Below, piece by piece: positions 35,675 through 44,795 of a stretch of 63,568 bases of DNA. The notes under the pieces are model-generated. The model searched no databases. It had not been told where the DNA came from and saw only the letters and a program-made list of their open reading frames with translations. Each line of letters opens with the position of its first letter. Within the stretch, counting starts at the first letter, position 1. Source of the DNA: Thermoanaerobaculia bacterium (GTDB lineage Bacteria > Acidobacteriota > Thermoanaerobaculia > Gp7-AA8); the NCBI GenBank assembly GCA_046594105.1, contig JBKJQB010000024.1, positions 1 to 63,568 of the forward strand, in the 5' to 3' direction. The position numbers and the translations under genes were made by a program.

Positions 35675-37072
35675 TCAACCGCGCCCGAGATAGCGCAGGG
35701 CCAGGCTGGCCAGACCGAGAAAGGAGAAGAAACCTCCCACATCGGTGAATGTCGTTACGAAGATCGAGGAAGCGATGGCCGGATCGAAGCCGAGCTTCTC
35801 CAGGAGCAGAGGAACCAATCCTCCGGCAAATCCTGCGATGACCAGATTGAAAGTCATGGCCAGCAGAAGGATCGTGGCGAGGATCCAGTCCCCTGTCCAG
35901 AACCCGACCACGACCGAGGTGAGCAGCCCATTGGCCGCACCATTGAAGAAGCCGACGAAGACTTCCTTCCAGATCGGACGCCAGCCGGTCGACCAGTCGA
36001 CCTCGCCGAGCGCAAGACCGCGCACGAACACAGTCAGCGTCTGCGTGCCGGCGTTTCCACCCATCCCCGCAACGATGGGCATGAACACGGCGAGCGCAGC
36101 CCACTTGGCGATGGTTCCCTGAAACATGCTGACCACCCAGGACGCCAGGAAGGCGGTGGCCAGATTGATGGCCAGCCAGGGGAAGCGCATCCGGAACGAC
36201 TGAATCCCGGGAGTGCTCACCCGCTCGGCCGCGGCGACGCCGGCGAGATGGAGAAGATCTTCTTCGGCCTGCTCCTGGATGACGTCGATGACGTCGTCGA
36301 CGGTGACCACGCCGACCAGGCGGTTCTGCCGATCGACCACCGGAACGGAGAGCAAGTCGTACTTGGAAACAATCTGGGCGACTTCTTCCGGCTCCGCGTC
36401 GATCTGGCAGCGCACCACGCTCTGCACCATGGTGTCGCGCAGGTGAGCAAGTGGAGGAGCCAGAATGAGGCTGCGCAGCGAGAGCACTCCGTCCAGATGA
36501 CCTTCGCTGTCGGTGCAATAGACGTAGAAGAACGAGTCCTTGCTCGGATACTGCCGGATGGCCTCGATGGCCTGCCCCACGGTCAGGTCCACATCGAGTG
36601 CGAGGTACTGCGTGGTCATCAGCGAGCCGGCGGTCTCTTCCTCTCCCTCCAGCAGGGACTCCAGTTTGGCGCCCTGAGCAGCGCCGAGGAGGCCGAAGAT
36701 GCGCTGGCGGCGATCCTGGTCCAGAGAGTCGAGCAGATCGGCAGCGTCGTCGGGAGCCGACGAACTGCAGATGGCAGCGAGGGTGGGATCGTCGACGGCG
36801 TCGACCATCTCCGCGAGATCAGAATCGTCCAGCGAGAGAATCGCGCGCGCGGCTTTTCCGGCCTCGATGAGCAGCGAGAGGACGCGGTTCCGGTCGTCTT
36901 CCAGCAGCAGTGGCAACGCCGGTGCGATGTCCGCGGCCATGGTCTTGTCCACGATCTTCCGCAGTTGCGGATATGCGCCATGGCGCAGCAGCTTGGTCAG
37001 CAGCTGCTGATAGGACCGCGCGTTGGCGGTCGGAGGCGCGGGCGCCGGAGCGGGACGGTTCACGCTCCGCAT
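35675..37072 (-). CDS. mgtE: Magnesium transporter MgtE
   Basis: MgtE_N, paired CBS domains (TAGSLMT..., LVGVVTVDDV), GMGGNAGTQ, TTFTDVGG. Alternative start GTG 37063. Confidence 0.95.
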   Translation of the reverse strand: MRSVNRPAPAPAPPTANARSYQQLLTKLLRHGAYPQLRKIVDKTMAADIAPALPLLLEDDRNRVLSLLIEAGKAARAILSLDDSDLAEMVDAVDDPTLAAICSSSAPDDAADLLDSLDQDRRQRIFGLLGAAQGAKLESLLEGEEETAGSLMTTQYLALDVDLTVGQAIEAIRQYPSKDSFFYVYCTDSEGHLDGVLSLRSLILAPPLAHLRDTMVQSVVRCQIDAEPEEVAQIVSKYDLLSVPVVDRQNRLVGVVTVDDVIDVIQEQAEEDLLHLAGVAAAERVSTPGIQSFRMRFPWLAINLATAFLASWVVSMFQGTIAKWAALAVFMPIVAGMGGNAGTQTLTVFVRGLALGEVDWSTGWRPIWKEVFVGFFNGAANGLLTSVVVGFWTGDWILATILLLAMTFNLVIAGFAGGLVPLLLEKLGFDPAIASSIFVTTFTDVGGFFSFLGLASLALRYLGRG

Positions 37073-37135
37073 GCTAAATCAGATGCCCGTCCGTTGATCC
37101 CTCCAATCGGAAGGCCGCGCTACAATCCCGGCATC

Positions 37136-37873
37136 ATGACCACCACCGCCGAGCCCCAAACGAAACCTGCGTCACCCGAAGCGCCGGCCATCCGACGCCA
37201 GTTCGTCAACTTCCTTTTCTTCCGCGCCGACCGTGCGCTGCGCCACGAGAGCCGCGAATTGAAAGAGCAGGCCTCCCGTGAATTTTCGGAGATCGTTCAC
37301 CGCTATACCGGGCCGATGATGATCCTTCCCTACTCGACGATCGGATTGAAGTCGAACACCGATTTCATGCTCTGGCGCATTGGCTACGAGCTCGAGCCGT
37401 TCCAGCAGATGATCTCCGACATCAACAAGTCCATCCTGGGCCGTTACCTCGACGTGCCGGCCTCGTACCTCTCCATGACCAAGCATTCGCAGTACGTCGA
37501 CGAGCACGTGCATGAAGGGCAGGAAGGGCGGCGCCTGAAAATCGTTCCCGGCAAAAAGCCGCTCCTGTTTGTCTATCCCTTCGTGAAAACGCGCGACTGG
37601 TACCTGCTCCCCATGGCCGAAAGGCAGCGCATCATGAACGAGCACATCGCCATCGGGCACAAGTACCCCCGTGTGAAAATCAACACGACCTACTCGTTCG
37701 GACTGGACGATCAGGACTTTGTGGTGGCCTTCGAGGCCGACTCCGCCGCCGAGTTCCTCGACCTGGTGCAGGAGTTGCGCGAGACGGAGTCGTCGAAGTT
37801 CACCCTGCGCGATACGCCGATGTACACCTGCAAGCGCGCCTCGATCGAAGAGATTCTGGAGTCGCTGGCGTAG
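37136..37873 (+). CDS. Chlorite dismutase / coproheme decarboxylase (ChdC/HemQ) family heme protein
   Basis: YPFVKTRDWYLLP..ERQRIMNEHIAIG..Y, YSFGLDDQDFVVAFE. The true start is ATG 37136; the 754-aa track ORF is an artefact. Confidence 0.85.
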   Translation: MTTTAEPQTKPASPEAPAIRRQFVNFLFFRADRALRHESRELKEQASREFSEIVHRYTGPMMILPYSTIGLKSNTDFMLWRIGYELEPFQQMISDINKSILGRYLDVPASYLSMTKHSQYVDEHVHEGQEGRRLKIVPGKKPLLFVYPFVKTRDWYLLPMAERQRIMNEHIAIGHKYPRVKINTTYSFGLDDQDFVVAFEADSAAEFLDLVQELRETESSKFTLRDTPMYTCKRASIEEILESLA

Positions 37874-37923
37874 CCTGGCCAGTGGTCAGAATCCCCCACA
37901 GTCATTCTGAAGCTGGGAAGCTG

Positions 37924-38098
37924 CGCGATGCTCCGTTGGCCAGGCGATGAACGCGCCTCCGCGGTCCTGAGCGAAGCGAACGGAGCGCCGCATCCTTGCC
38001 GGCCGGTCCGCCGGCTTCCAAGCCGGCGAACTTCTGCGAGCTCCTGCGGGCAGGATGCCCGAGGATCGGCCGGCAGGATGCCGGCGCTCCGAAGGCAG
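37924..38098 (+). repeat. R2 repeat copy
   Basis: GGAGCGCCGCATCCTTGCCGGCCGGTCCG...CGGCCGGCAGGATGCCGGCGCTCCGAAGGCA; matches 43011-43204 (-). Confidence 0.88.
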
Positions 38099-38162
38099 CC
38101 GATTCCCCGAGCACCATACTGTCCATCCCCCACCTCGCGAACTCGCTATCATCGCGCTCCGA

Positions 38163-39383
38163 ATGTTCGAGGCCTTTCAGGAGCGGGACTACCGCGGTTT
38201 CTGGACCACACAATTCATCTCGAACATCGGTTCGTGGATGCAGACGGTCGCTCAGGGATGGCTGGTCTATCGCCTCACCGACTCACCCTTCCTCCTCGGC
38301 TTCGTCGGCTTCGCCAGCTCTGCTCCCGCTTTTTTTCTGATGCTGCCGGGCGGTGTGGTGGCCGATCACTTCGACCGCCGTCGCGTCGTGAAGATCTCGC
38401 AGTGGGCGCAGGCGCTCTCGGCACTCTTCCTGGCCGTGGCCATCCGCACCGGCCAGATCAGCGTCTGGCAGATTCTTCTCTCCTCGGTCGTGGTCGGCAT
38501 GGCCATGTCCTTCTCCGCGCCGGCCTATCAGGCCATGGTGGTCGATCTCCTCGACGACCGCTCGCGACTGTCGAACGCCGTGGCCATGAACTCGCTGCAG
38601 TTCAACCTTTCCAGGGCCATTGGACCGCTCCTGGCGGGCCTTACCCTCGCCGCATGGGGCAGCTTCTGGTGCTTTCTCTTCAACGCGCTCTCGTTCCTTC
38701 CCTTGATCTGGATGCTCGGACGTCTGAAGGAACGCCAGCAGCTTGCTGCGTCCACCGGAGCTCTCTGGGAAAAACTGCGCGAGGGATTCCGCTACGTGCT
38801 CACCCAGCGCGTGGTGCTGCTGCTACTGGCCGTGGTGGCCGCGGCCAGTCTCTTCGGCTATCCCTACATGACCATCATGCCGATGGTGGCGCGCACACTG
38901 TTCGGCAGCGACGATGCGCGCGGCCTGGGGGTGCTGATGTCCGGCATCGGCGGCGGGGCACTGGCCGGCTCCCTGGCGCTTTCGGTCAGCACACCGCCGG
39001 AGCGGCGCATGGTGCCGGCAGTACTGGCCAGCATGGCCACGTTCGGAGCGGCGCTGCTGGGCATCGCCTTCTTTCGCGATCACGACGTGGTGATCGGACT
39101 GCTGGCGGTGTGCGGCTGCTCCATGGTCATCTGCACTGCGCTCTGCAACACCTCGATCCAGCGTCGCATCCCCGACGCCATGCGGGGACGGGTGCTGAGC
39201 ATGTACACCTTCGCCTTCTCCGGATTTCTCCCTTTTGGAAATCTCACCGCCGGAATCATGGCGGAGCATCGAGGACTGACGCCCACGATGATGGTGCTGG
39301 GGGGCGGACTGTTGATCTGCGCGGCGGCGGCCGCAGGCGCAGTGTGGTGGGTGGGATCGCGGCGAGCGGCAACGGTGGTGTGA
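38163..39383 (+). CDS. MFS transporter
   Basis: About 12 TM segments, GGVVADHFDRRR motif A. Confidence 0.92.
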   Translation: MFEAFQERDYRGFWTTQFISNIGSWMQTVAQGWLVYRLTDSPFLLGFVGFASSAPAFFLMLPGGVVADHFDRRRVVKISQWAQALSALFLAVAIRTGQISVWQILLSSVVVGMAMSFSAPAYQAMVVDLLDDRSRLSNAVAMNSLQFNLSRAIGPLLAGLTLAAWGSFWCFLFNALSFLPLIWMLGRLKERQQLAASTGALWEKLREGFRYVLTQRVVLLLLAVVAAASLFGYPYMTIMPMVARTLFGSDDARGLGVLMSGIGGGALAGSLALSVSTPPERRMVPAVLASMATFGAALLGIAFFRDHDVVIGLLAVCGCSMVICTALCNTSIQRRIPDAMRGRVLSMYTFAFSGFLPFGNLTAGIMAEHRGLTPTMMVLGGGLLICAAAAAGAVWWVGSRRAATVV

Positions 39384-39410
39384 ACGCGGCACAGACATGC
39401 AGGCCCCCGC

Positions 39411-40946
39411 CTACGCGCGCCGCAACACCACGATGGTCTTGTCGTCCGTGGGACGGGAGCCGCGCTCGAATTCAGTGATCGACCGCAGCACCTGGCGAGG
39501 AATCTCGGTGGCCTCCTCGCCGGTGTGCGAAGCGAATAGCTCGCGCAGGCGCGGATTTCCGTACTCCTCTTCCTCCGGGTCCGCTGCTTCGTTCAACCCG
39601 TCGGTGTAGAGAAACAGCGTTGAGCCGGGGGGGAGCCAGACCTCCCGCGACTGGAAGGAGGAGTCGGGCAGGATGCCGATGGGCTTGCCGGTGGAGGCCA
39701 GCTCGACCAGGCCATGCTCGGTGGCCACAAACGGCGGGTTGTGGCCGGCATTCACATAGCGCAGCATCCCGGTCGAGGGGGTGTAGCGGCCGAAGAAGAA
39801 GGTTACGTACTTCCGGCCGCGCGTGCTGCGGAAGATGAGGGCGTTCAGCCGGGTGACCAGCCTGGCCAGGTCCTCCTCGATCGGAGCAGCCACCCGGAGC
39901 GCCGCCTGCAGGCTGGACATGATCAGCGCGGCGGACACGCCCTTCCCCGACACGTCGCCGATGGCCAGGCCCAGGTCGCCATCGGGCAGCTCCACGAAGT
40001 CGTAGTAATCGCCCCCCACCTCGTAACAAGGCAGGCTCAAAGCGGCGAGACTGATGCCAGCCACGTCGCTGGGGGGCGTGGGAAAGAGGCGGCTCTGGAT
40101 CTCGCGGCCCAACTGCAGCTCCTGCTCCATGCGCTGCTTTTCGAGCAGCTCCAGATGCAGCGTGGCATTCTCCATGGCGATGGCCATGTGATCGGAGATC
40201 CCGCTCAGGAAATCGAGGTCGCGGGCGCCGAACGCTCCGGTGGTCTTGTTGAGCAGCTGCAGCACGCCGACCACTTTCTGTTCCCGGTTCTTGATGGGCA
40301 CGCAGAGCATGGAGCGGGTGCGATAGCCGGTGCGTTGATCGAGCGACCGGTCGAAGCGCTCGTCGTCGTACGCGTCGTGCAGGATGACCGGCTCTCCCGT
40401 CGCGGCCACCGTCCCGGCCAGACCCTGGCCGATCGGAAGGCGGATCGCATTCGAAAGCTCGCCGGCGATCTTGGTCCAGATCTCCTTCTTTGCCTCGTCG
40501 ACGAAATACAACGTGCCACGATCGACGTGCAACTCCTGGCGCGCCACCTTCAGAATCGAGGCGAACAACGCGTCCGCATCGATGGAGGAGTTGATGAGCT
40601 TCGAGGCCTCCACCAGCTTGCGCAACCGTTCCATCTCGTCCCGATCCCCGATGGAGGAAACCACCCGCCGCACCGAATCGGGCTGGCTCCCGGCGAACAT
40701 CACACCGCTGGTGAACGTCGCCTCGTGACGCTCGGAGTGCACGATGGTGCAGGCCACGGTGACCAGCTCGCCATCCCATTCGAACTGCAGTGACTGCGGC
40801 TTGCCGACCGTCAGCGGCTCTTCGTGCTCGATCCGAGTTCCTTTATGTCCGATGTCGATCAGCCGGACCGGATGGTCCTGCACCACGCCAGCGAGGGGAG
40901 GAGAAAGGAGCAGGCGCTCCACGCGCCGCCGTTCCTGATTGAGCAT
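39411..40946 (-). CDS. PilZ-GAF-PP2C (SpoIIE/RsbU-like) phosphatase
   Basis: N-terminal ERRRVER...DIGHKG (PilZ RxxxR / DxSxxG-like), GAF domain (GQGLAGTV...YRTRSMLCVP), PP2C motifs (VGGDYYD, GDVSGKG, YTDGL, DDKT). Confidence 0.85.
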   Translation of the reverse strand: MLNQERRRVERLLLSPPLAGVVQDHPVRLIDIGHKGTRIEHEEPLTVGKPQSLQFEWDGELVTVACTIVHSERHEATFTSGVMFAGSQPDSVRRVVSSIGDRDEMERLRKLVEASKLINSSIDADALFASILKVARQELHVDRGTLYFVDEAKKEIWTKIAGELSNAIRLPIGQGLAGTVAATGEPVILHDAYDDERFDRSLDQRTGYRTRSMLCVPIKNREQKVVGVLQLLNKTTGAFGARDLDFLSGISDHMAIAMENATLHLELLEKQRMEQELQLGREIQSRLFPTPPSDVAGISLAALSLPCYEVGGDYYDFVELPDGDLGLAIGDVSGKGVSAALIMSSLQAALRVAAPIEEDLARLVTRLNALIFRSTRGRKYVTFFFGRYTPSTGMLRYVNAGHNPPFVATEHGLVELASTGKPIGILPDSSFQSREVWLPPGSTLFLYTDGLNEAADPEEEEYGNPRLRELFASHTGEEATEIPRQVLRSITEFERGSRPTDDKTIVVLRRA

Positions 40947-41028
40947 GAAGTCGCGAAGTGTACCGGATTCAGCGACGCCGGCAGTGCATCACCAGCCGTC
41001 ACCCTCGGGGCTGATGGAGGCAGCTCTC

Positions 41029-41298
41029 CTACCACCAGAACAGCAACCGCACTTTCTCCAGCGTCCAGGTAAAGAAGGAGTCTCCGAACTTTGCAGCGAG
41101 GACGCCGCCGGTCAAAGCGATGAGCACAATCGAGAGCAGCTCGCCGCCGGTGGTCGGAAGGTAGAGGGCCAGACCGAGAATCAGGGCCATCGCCGTCCCG
41201 CAGCCAAAGCCGAGCACCCCTCCGCCCTGCACCCGTTTCGATGGAGGGACCACATGCAGGATGCGCTTTGCAGGATCATGAGGTCGATGTTCAGTCAT
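41029..41298 (-). CDS. Small hypothetical membrane protein (89 aa)
   Basis: AGGA RBS; two hydrophobic helices. Confidence 0.55.
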   Translation of the reverse strand: MTEHRPHDPAKRILHVVPPSKRVQGGGVLGFGCGTAMALILGLALYLPTTGGELLSIVLIALTGGVLAAKFGDSFFTWTLEKVRLLFWW

Positions 41299-41352
41299 TT
41301 CCTATGGCGTGAAAACAGGGCGTGTGAGGCGCGGTCAAAGGGTTATTTTTCA

Positions 41353-41381
41353 ATGACTTCCTGCTCTTTCTGAGGTATCAT
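41353..41381 (+). promoter_or_regulatory. Sigma70-type promoter candidate for the RRM gene
   Basis: ATGACT-N17-TATCAT in an AT-rich patch. Confidence 0.5.
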
Positions 41382-41571
41382 AATCCTGCTGAGGAACCTT
41401 CCTCGGCATCGGGCACCTCTGGACTAAGTCAGGACGCCTGGGCCCACCCTCTTAGCAAATCAAATCTTCGATTCCCGATCGTCATTTGCGCATGTGGGCG
41501 CTTCTTCCGCTTGCACGGAGTGTCTCGACGAGAATCGCAGCAACGGCCGGCGAGTCGGCCAAGGAGTCACC

Positions 41572-41817
41572 ATGAAAGTGTATTTCGGAAATCTTTCCAA
41601 AGAGACCAGCGACGCACAGTTGACCGAACTGGTCAAAGAGTACGGTGCGACCAGCTCGGTCGAGATCGTCAAAGAGCACGGCAACGGCGGATCGAAGGGT
41701 TTCGGCTTCGTCGAATTCCCGGATGACGCGCACGCTCGCGCCGCGATTGCCGGTCTCAATGGCAAGGAAGTCCAGGGCAACGCCCTGAAGGTCAACGAAG
41801 CAAAGCCACGCAAGTAG
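41572..41817 (+). CDS. RRM (RNP-1) RNA-binding protein
   Basis: RNP2 VYFGNL, RNP1 KGFGFVEF, LKVNEAKPR; AAGGAG RBS. Confidence 0.93.
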   Translation: MKVYFGNLSKETSDAQLTELVKEYGATSSVEIVKEHGNGGSKGFGFVEFPDDAHARAAIAGLNGKEVQGNALKVNEAKPRK

Positions 41818-41901
41818 TCCAGATTGTGCGTGGGGCGGAGTCGTTCCGCTCCACGCTCGCTGTTCATCAACCGATCACCGAACACCCTGAGGAGCGAACT
41901 C

Positions 41902-42132
41902 ATGAAGATCAAGCCCGCGACGACCGTCACCCGCAAGCGCTCTCCCAAGATGCGCGTTTCCGAAGGCAACATCAAAAAGGCCGCGGTACGGCTGCTGTCA
42001 CCCGCACTGGTCTCCAGCGAGATCCACTACATCCAGCGCGTCCTCGGCGCCTCAGCCACCCAGGACGAAGTCGATGCAAAGGTCCTCGAAGTCCGCAAGA
42101 TGCCCTGGACCAGCATCGTCCTCCCGGAGTAA
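41902..42132 (+). CDS. Small basic hypothetical protein (76 aa)
   Basis: GAGGAG RBS, GC3-rich codon usage; no family recognised. Confidence 0.6.
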   Translation: MKIKPATTVTRKRSPKMRVSEGNIKKAAVRLLSPALVSSEIHYIQRVLGASATQDEVDAKVLEVRKMPWTSIVLPE

Positions 42133-42206
42133 AGGCGAGCACCGAGGGACGGGGCGCGGCGTTGGCGCCCCCGACCCGCTGGCGTCCTTTCTGCAGCGAG
42201 CAGGTC

Positions 42207-42935
42207 GTGAACATTCGACCTGCCCTTCGCTCCATCCCGCTCCTCCTCGCCGCATTCATGTCCCTCTCATGCGGTAGCTCCGGCAACTCGACGTTTCAGA
42301 ATCCCTCCCGTGAGGGACGGAGTTTCGGAACTGGAGATAGAACCCTGACCTACGTTGTGATCGGCGACAGCACCGCGGCGGGGCAAGGCGCAGATTATGA
42401 GAAGGGGATCGCCGTCGCCACTGCGCGTGTCCTGGCCACGCCGGGATTCCGGGTCACCATGACGAATCTTGCGGTGTCCGGTGCGACGATGGGCGACGTA
42501 GCCCGCGATCAACTGCGCCAGGCGGAGAGCCTCCATCCCGATGTCGTTCTTCTTTCGGCCTCGGCCAATGACGTCACCCATCTGACCTGGACCTCCTCGG
42601 TCCGGCGCAGCCTGCTGGAGATCGTCGACGGCCTGCGGAGCGTCAATCCCAAAGCTGCCATCGTCGTCACCGGCTCGCCCGATATGGGAGCGCCTCCGCG
42701 GATTCCGGCGATTCTGCGCCCACTGGCGTCGCTACGAACGAAGCGGGTCAACCGGATGGTGCGCGCGGTCGCGGCCGACCGCCACCTGATCTTCGCGCCG
42801 ATCGCCGACGTAACCGGACCGCAGTTCCGGGCCGATCACACCCTGTTCGCAGCCGATCGCTTTCATCCGAACGAGCGCGGATACGCCACATGGATCGCGG
42901 TGCTGACCGACGCCATGGCCCAGACGCAGCGCTGA
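42207..42935 (+). CDS. SGNH/GDSL hydrolase lipoprotein
   Basis: Lipobox MSLSC, GDSTAAG, ANDV, DRFHP. GTG start inferred. Confidence 0.88.
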   Translation: MNIRPALRSIPLLLAAFMSLSCGSSGNSTFQNPSREGRSFGTGDRTLTYVVIGDSTAAGQGADYEKGIAVATARVLATPGFRVTMTNLAVSGATMGDVARDQLRQAESLHPDVVLLSASANDVTHLTWTSSVRRSLLEIVDGLRSVNPKAAIVVTGSPDMGAPPRIPAILRPLASLRTKRVNRMVRAVAADRHLIFAPIADVTGPQFRADHTLFAADRFHPNERGYATWIAVLTDAMAQTQR

Positions 42936-42987
42936 GCCGGCACGGCCGGCGGCGTTGCTTCGCAAAGCCTCCGCCACGATTTTCGCC
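42936..42987 (+). repeat. R1b repeat copy (starts at the SGNH TGA stop)
   Basis: TGA|GCCGGCACGGCCGGCGGCGTTGCTTCGCAAAGCCTCCGCCACGATTTTCGCC. Confidence 0.85.
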
Positions 42988-43010
42988 TCAGACGCGTTCA
43001 CTCCATTGCA

Positions 43011-43204
43011 GCGGGAGATCTTGATGCCTTCGGAGCGCCGGCATCCTGCCGGCCGGTCCGCGGGCATCCTGCCCGCAGGAGCTCGCCGAACAGCGCCGGC
43101 TTGGAAGCCGGCGGACCGGCCGGCAAGGATGCCGGCGCTCCGTTCGCTCCGCTCACAAGAACCACGAAGCGCACGTTCATCGCTCCACTCATCGGCTCAT
43201 CGCG
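43011..43204 (-). repeat. R2 repeat, longest copy
   Basis: Long imperfect palindrome bounded by GGAGCGCCGGCATCCT(T)GCCGGCCGGTCCG arms. Confidence 0.9.
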
Positions 43205-43977
43205 CGCTGGCCGGCCGGAGTGGTGTTGAAGATCTCGACGAAGCGTCGCCAGACTCTCGCTCGATCGAGATCTGTGCACACCTTCACCGGTCTCGTACCG
43301 GCATGGAACTCAAGGAATGTGTTGCGTCGCATCGTCGCCGTGGTGTGCTCGAAGGTGAAGCCGCTTTCCCCCAGAACGTACATTGCCGCAGCGAGGTCGT
43401 AAACCGGGAAGCGGGCTGTCATGCGCACACGGCGGAGGTGGGTGAACCATCGCTCTGAGCCGGAGCGAAGGAACCTTCCAGCCACGCCCTCGAGCATGGC
43501 GACGTCTTCGGCGGTGACCCACAGTTGACGGGCAACGTTGAGGGGAAACAGGGTCAGCGGAAGATCGGATTGAAACAGCGCGCGCGCTGCCGGTCGATCG
43601 TGCGTCAGGTTGAATTCGAAAGGCCAGATGGGCGGCCAGCGTCCGCCTGAGTTCGAGTTTCCACCGACCACGATCACTTCCGAAGCCTGACGGGCCCCGA
43701 TCAGATTGGTGCAAGGCCCGAGGGCAAGGATCCGTCCGGAAAAACTGCGCAGAGCCTCGCGTGATTCAGGTGCGGGGACGACCGCGCCGTCCCATCGCAG
43801 AACCGACGCCAGCTGGCGGTGGTTCTCCAGCGCCCTGGTTTCGGTGGTGTTGCCGGCGCACGGAGAAAGCGCGCGAATGGAAGCGCCGCTGCGAATCATC
43901 GCGGCAATGGCGTAGGCGTCATCGACATCGCCACTGGCGGAGCCGAGCGCGTTGTCGCTGTCGATCCAAAGTTCCAT
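43189..43977 (-). CDS. Inosine/uridine-preferring nucleoside hydrolase family protein
   Basis: N-terminal IDSDN...DVDDAYA Asp motif, LGPCTN, EFN..HD..AA, YDLAA. Confidence 0.85.
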   Translation of the reverse strand: MELWIDSDNALGSASGDVDDAYAIAAMIRSGASIRALSPCAGNTTETRALENHRQLASVLRWDGAVVPAPESREALRSFSGRILALGPCTNLIGARQASEVIVVGGNSNSGGRWPPIWPFEFNLTHDRPAARALFQSDLPLTLFPLNVARQLWVTAEDVAMLEGVAGRFLRSGSERWFTHLRRVRMTARFPVYDLAAAMYVLGESGFTFEHTTATMRRNTFLEFHAGTRPVKVCTDLDRARVWRRFVEIFNTTPAGQRAMSR

Positions 43978-44020
43978 CGGCAGCGTATCTTCGCATCTGC
44001 TGCTCGAGAGTTGTGCGTTA

Positions 44021-44097
44021 GGAACCTGCGCGGCAGCGCGTCTTGAGCGTGATCCTGGCGGAGCCTTGGGCAACCAACGCCGCCGGCCGTGCCGGCC
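44021..44097 (-). repeat. R1a repeat copy (starts at the RraB-like stop)
   Basis: TAG|GGCCGGCACGGCCGGCGGCGTTGGTTGCCCAAGGCTCCGCC... Confidence 0.9.
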
Positions 44098-44445
44098 CTA
44101 GATCGCCGTGCCCCAGCCGTCGAACTCGGCCAGATACTTGACGCACATCCGCACGATGCGCTCCACGAACGTTTCCTCGGTGACGTTGGTGACCGAATCC
44201 ATCCGGATGGCCTGAACGGACCACTTCCCCTCGATCTCTTCGACCGCTACGTGAGTGCTGTCGAAACCGGCATCCTCAAGATCCGTGGCCAGAGCCCGCG
44301 CCTCCGACTCGGAGGACGTGTAGAAGAAAAAGTCGATCGGCCGGATCTCGTCGAGATCCCCTCCGTGCTGCTCGATGGTCTCGACCAGCTTGACGTTCCT
44401 CGCTGCCTGCGTGGCCAGCTCCTCTTCGATGAACGACCCTGCCAT
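44098..44445 (-). CDS. RraB-like (regulator of ribonuclease activity B domain) protein
   Basis: Acidic 115 aa; G.DL...R.IDFFF and EFDGWGT resemble the RraB domain (recognised from memory). Confidence 0.65.
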   Translation of the reverse strand: MAGSFIEEELATQAARNVKLVETIEQHGGDLDEIRPIDFFFYTSSESEARALATDLEDAGFDSTHVAVEEIEGKWSVQAIRMDSVTNVTEETFVERIVRMCVKYLAEFDGWGTAI

Positions 44446-44472
44446 GTTCCTGGTTCCTCTTCCCTCTCAGGC

Positions 44473-44607
44473 TCAGAGAATCATCAGCAATGCCCCGGTG
44501 GAGGCCAGCGCCGCGATTGCGGTCACGCAGCCGAATGGAATGCAGCCGATGCACCCGCCGCCGTGAACCCGTACGCCGGGGCGTTTCGTCGCCCAGAAAA
44601 ACGCCAT
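44473..44607 (-). CDS. Candidate 44-aa Cys-containing small membrane protein
   Basis: MAFFWATKRPGVRVHGGGCIGCIPFGCVTAIAALASTGALLMIL*; co-oriented with neighbours; below the ORF-track cutoff. Confidence 0.4.
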   Translation of the reverse strand: MAFFWATKRPGVRVHGGGCIGCIPFGCVTAIAALASTGALLMIL

Positions 44608-44643
44608 CGGTGTCCAGGAACTGCAAGGCTGGCGCCGGAGTGC

Positions 44644-44721
44644 GGCCGGCACGGCCGGCGGCGCTGGTTGCCCAAGGCTCCGCCACGATTACGCTCCAAA
44701 ACGTTCTGCCGCGCAGGCTCC
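44644..44721 (+). repeat. R1a repeat copy (not at a stop codon)
   Basis: GGCCGGCACGGCCGGCGGCGCTGGTTGCCCAAGGCTCCGCCACGATTACGCTCCAAAACGTTCTGCCGCGCAGGCTCC. Confidence 0.9.
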
Positions 44722-44795
44722 GGCTCCCTCCGTTCGCAGAAGCGCGGGCAACCGGAGTGCCGCAGCGACAAGCTGGCAGAAGATGAAGTGCGGGA

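Noticed and set aside
35609-37873. Apparent 754-aa fusion ending in a chlorite-dismutase domain
   Set aside because: The first ~509 codons are antisense to mgtE; the real gene starts at ATG 37136 behind a TACAAT box.
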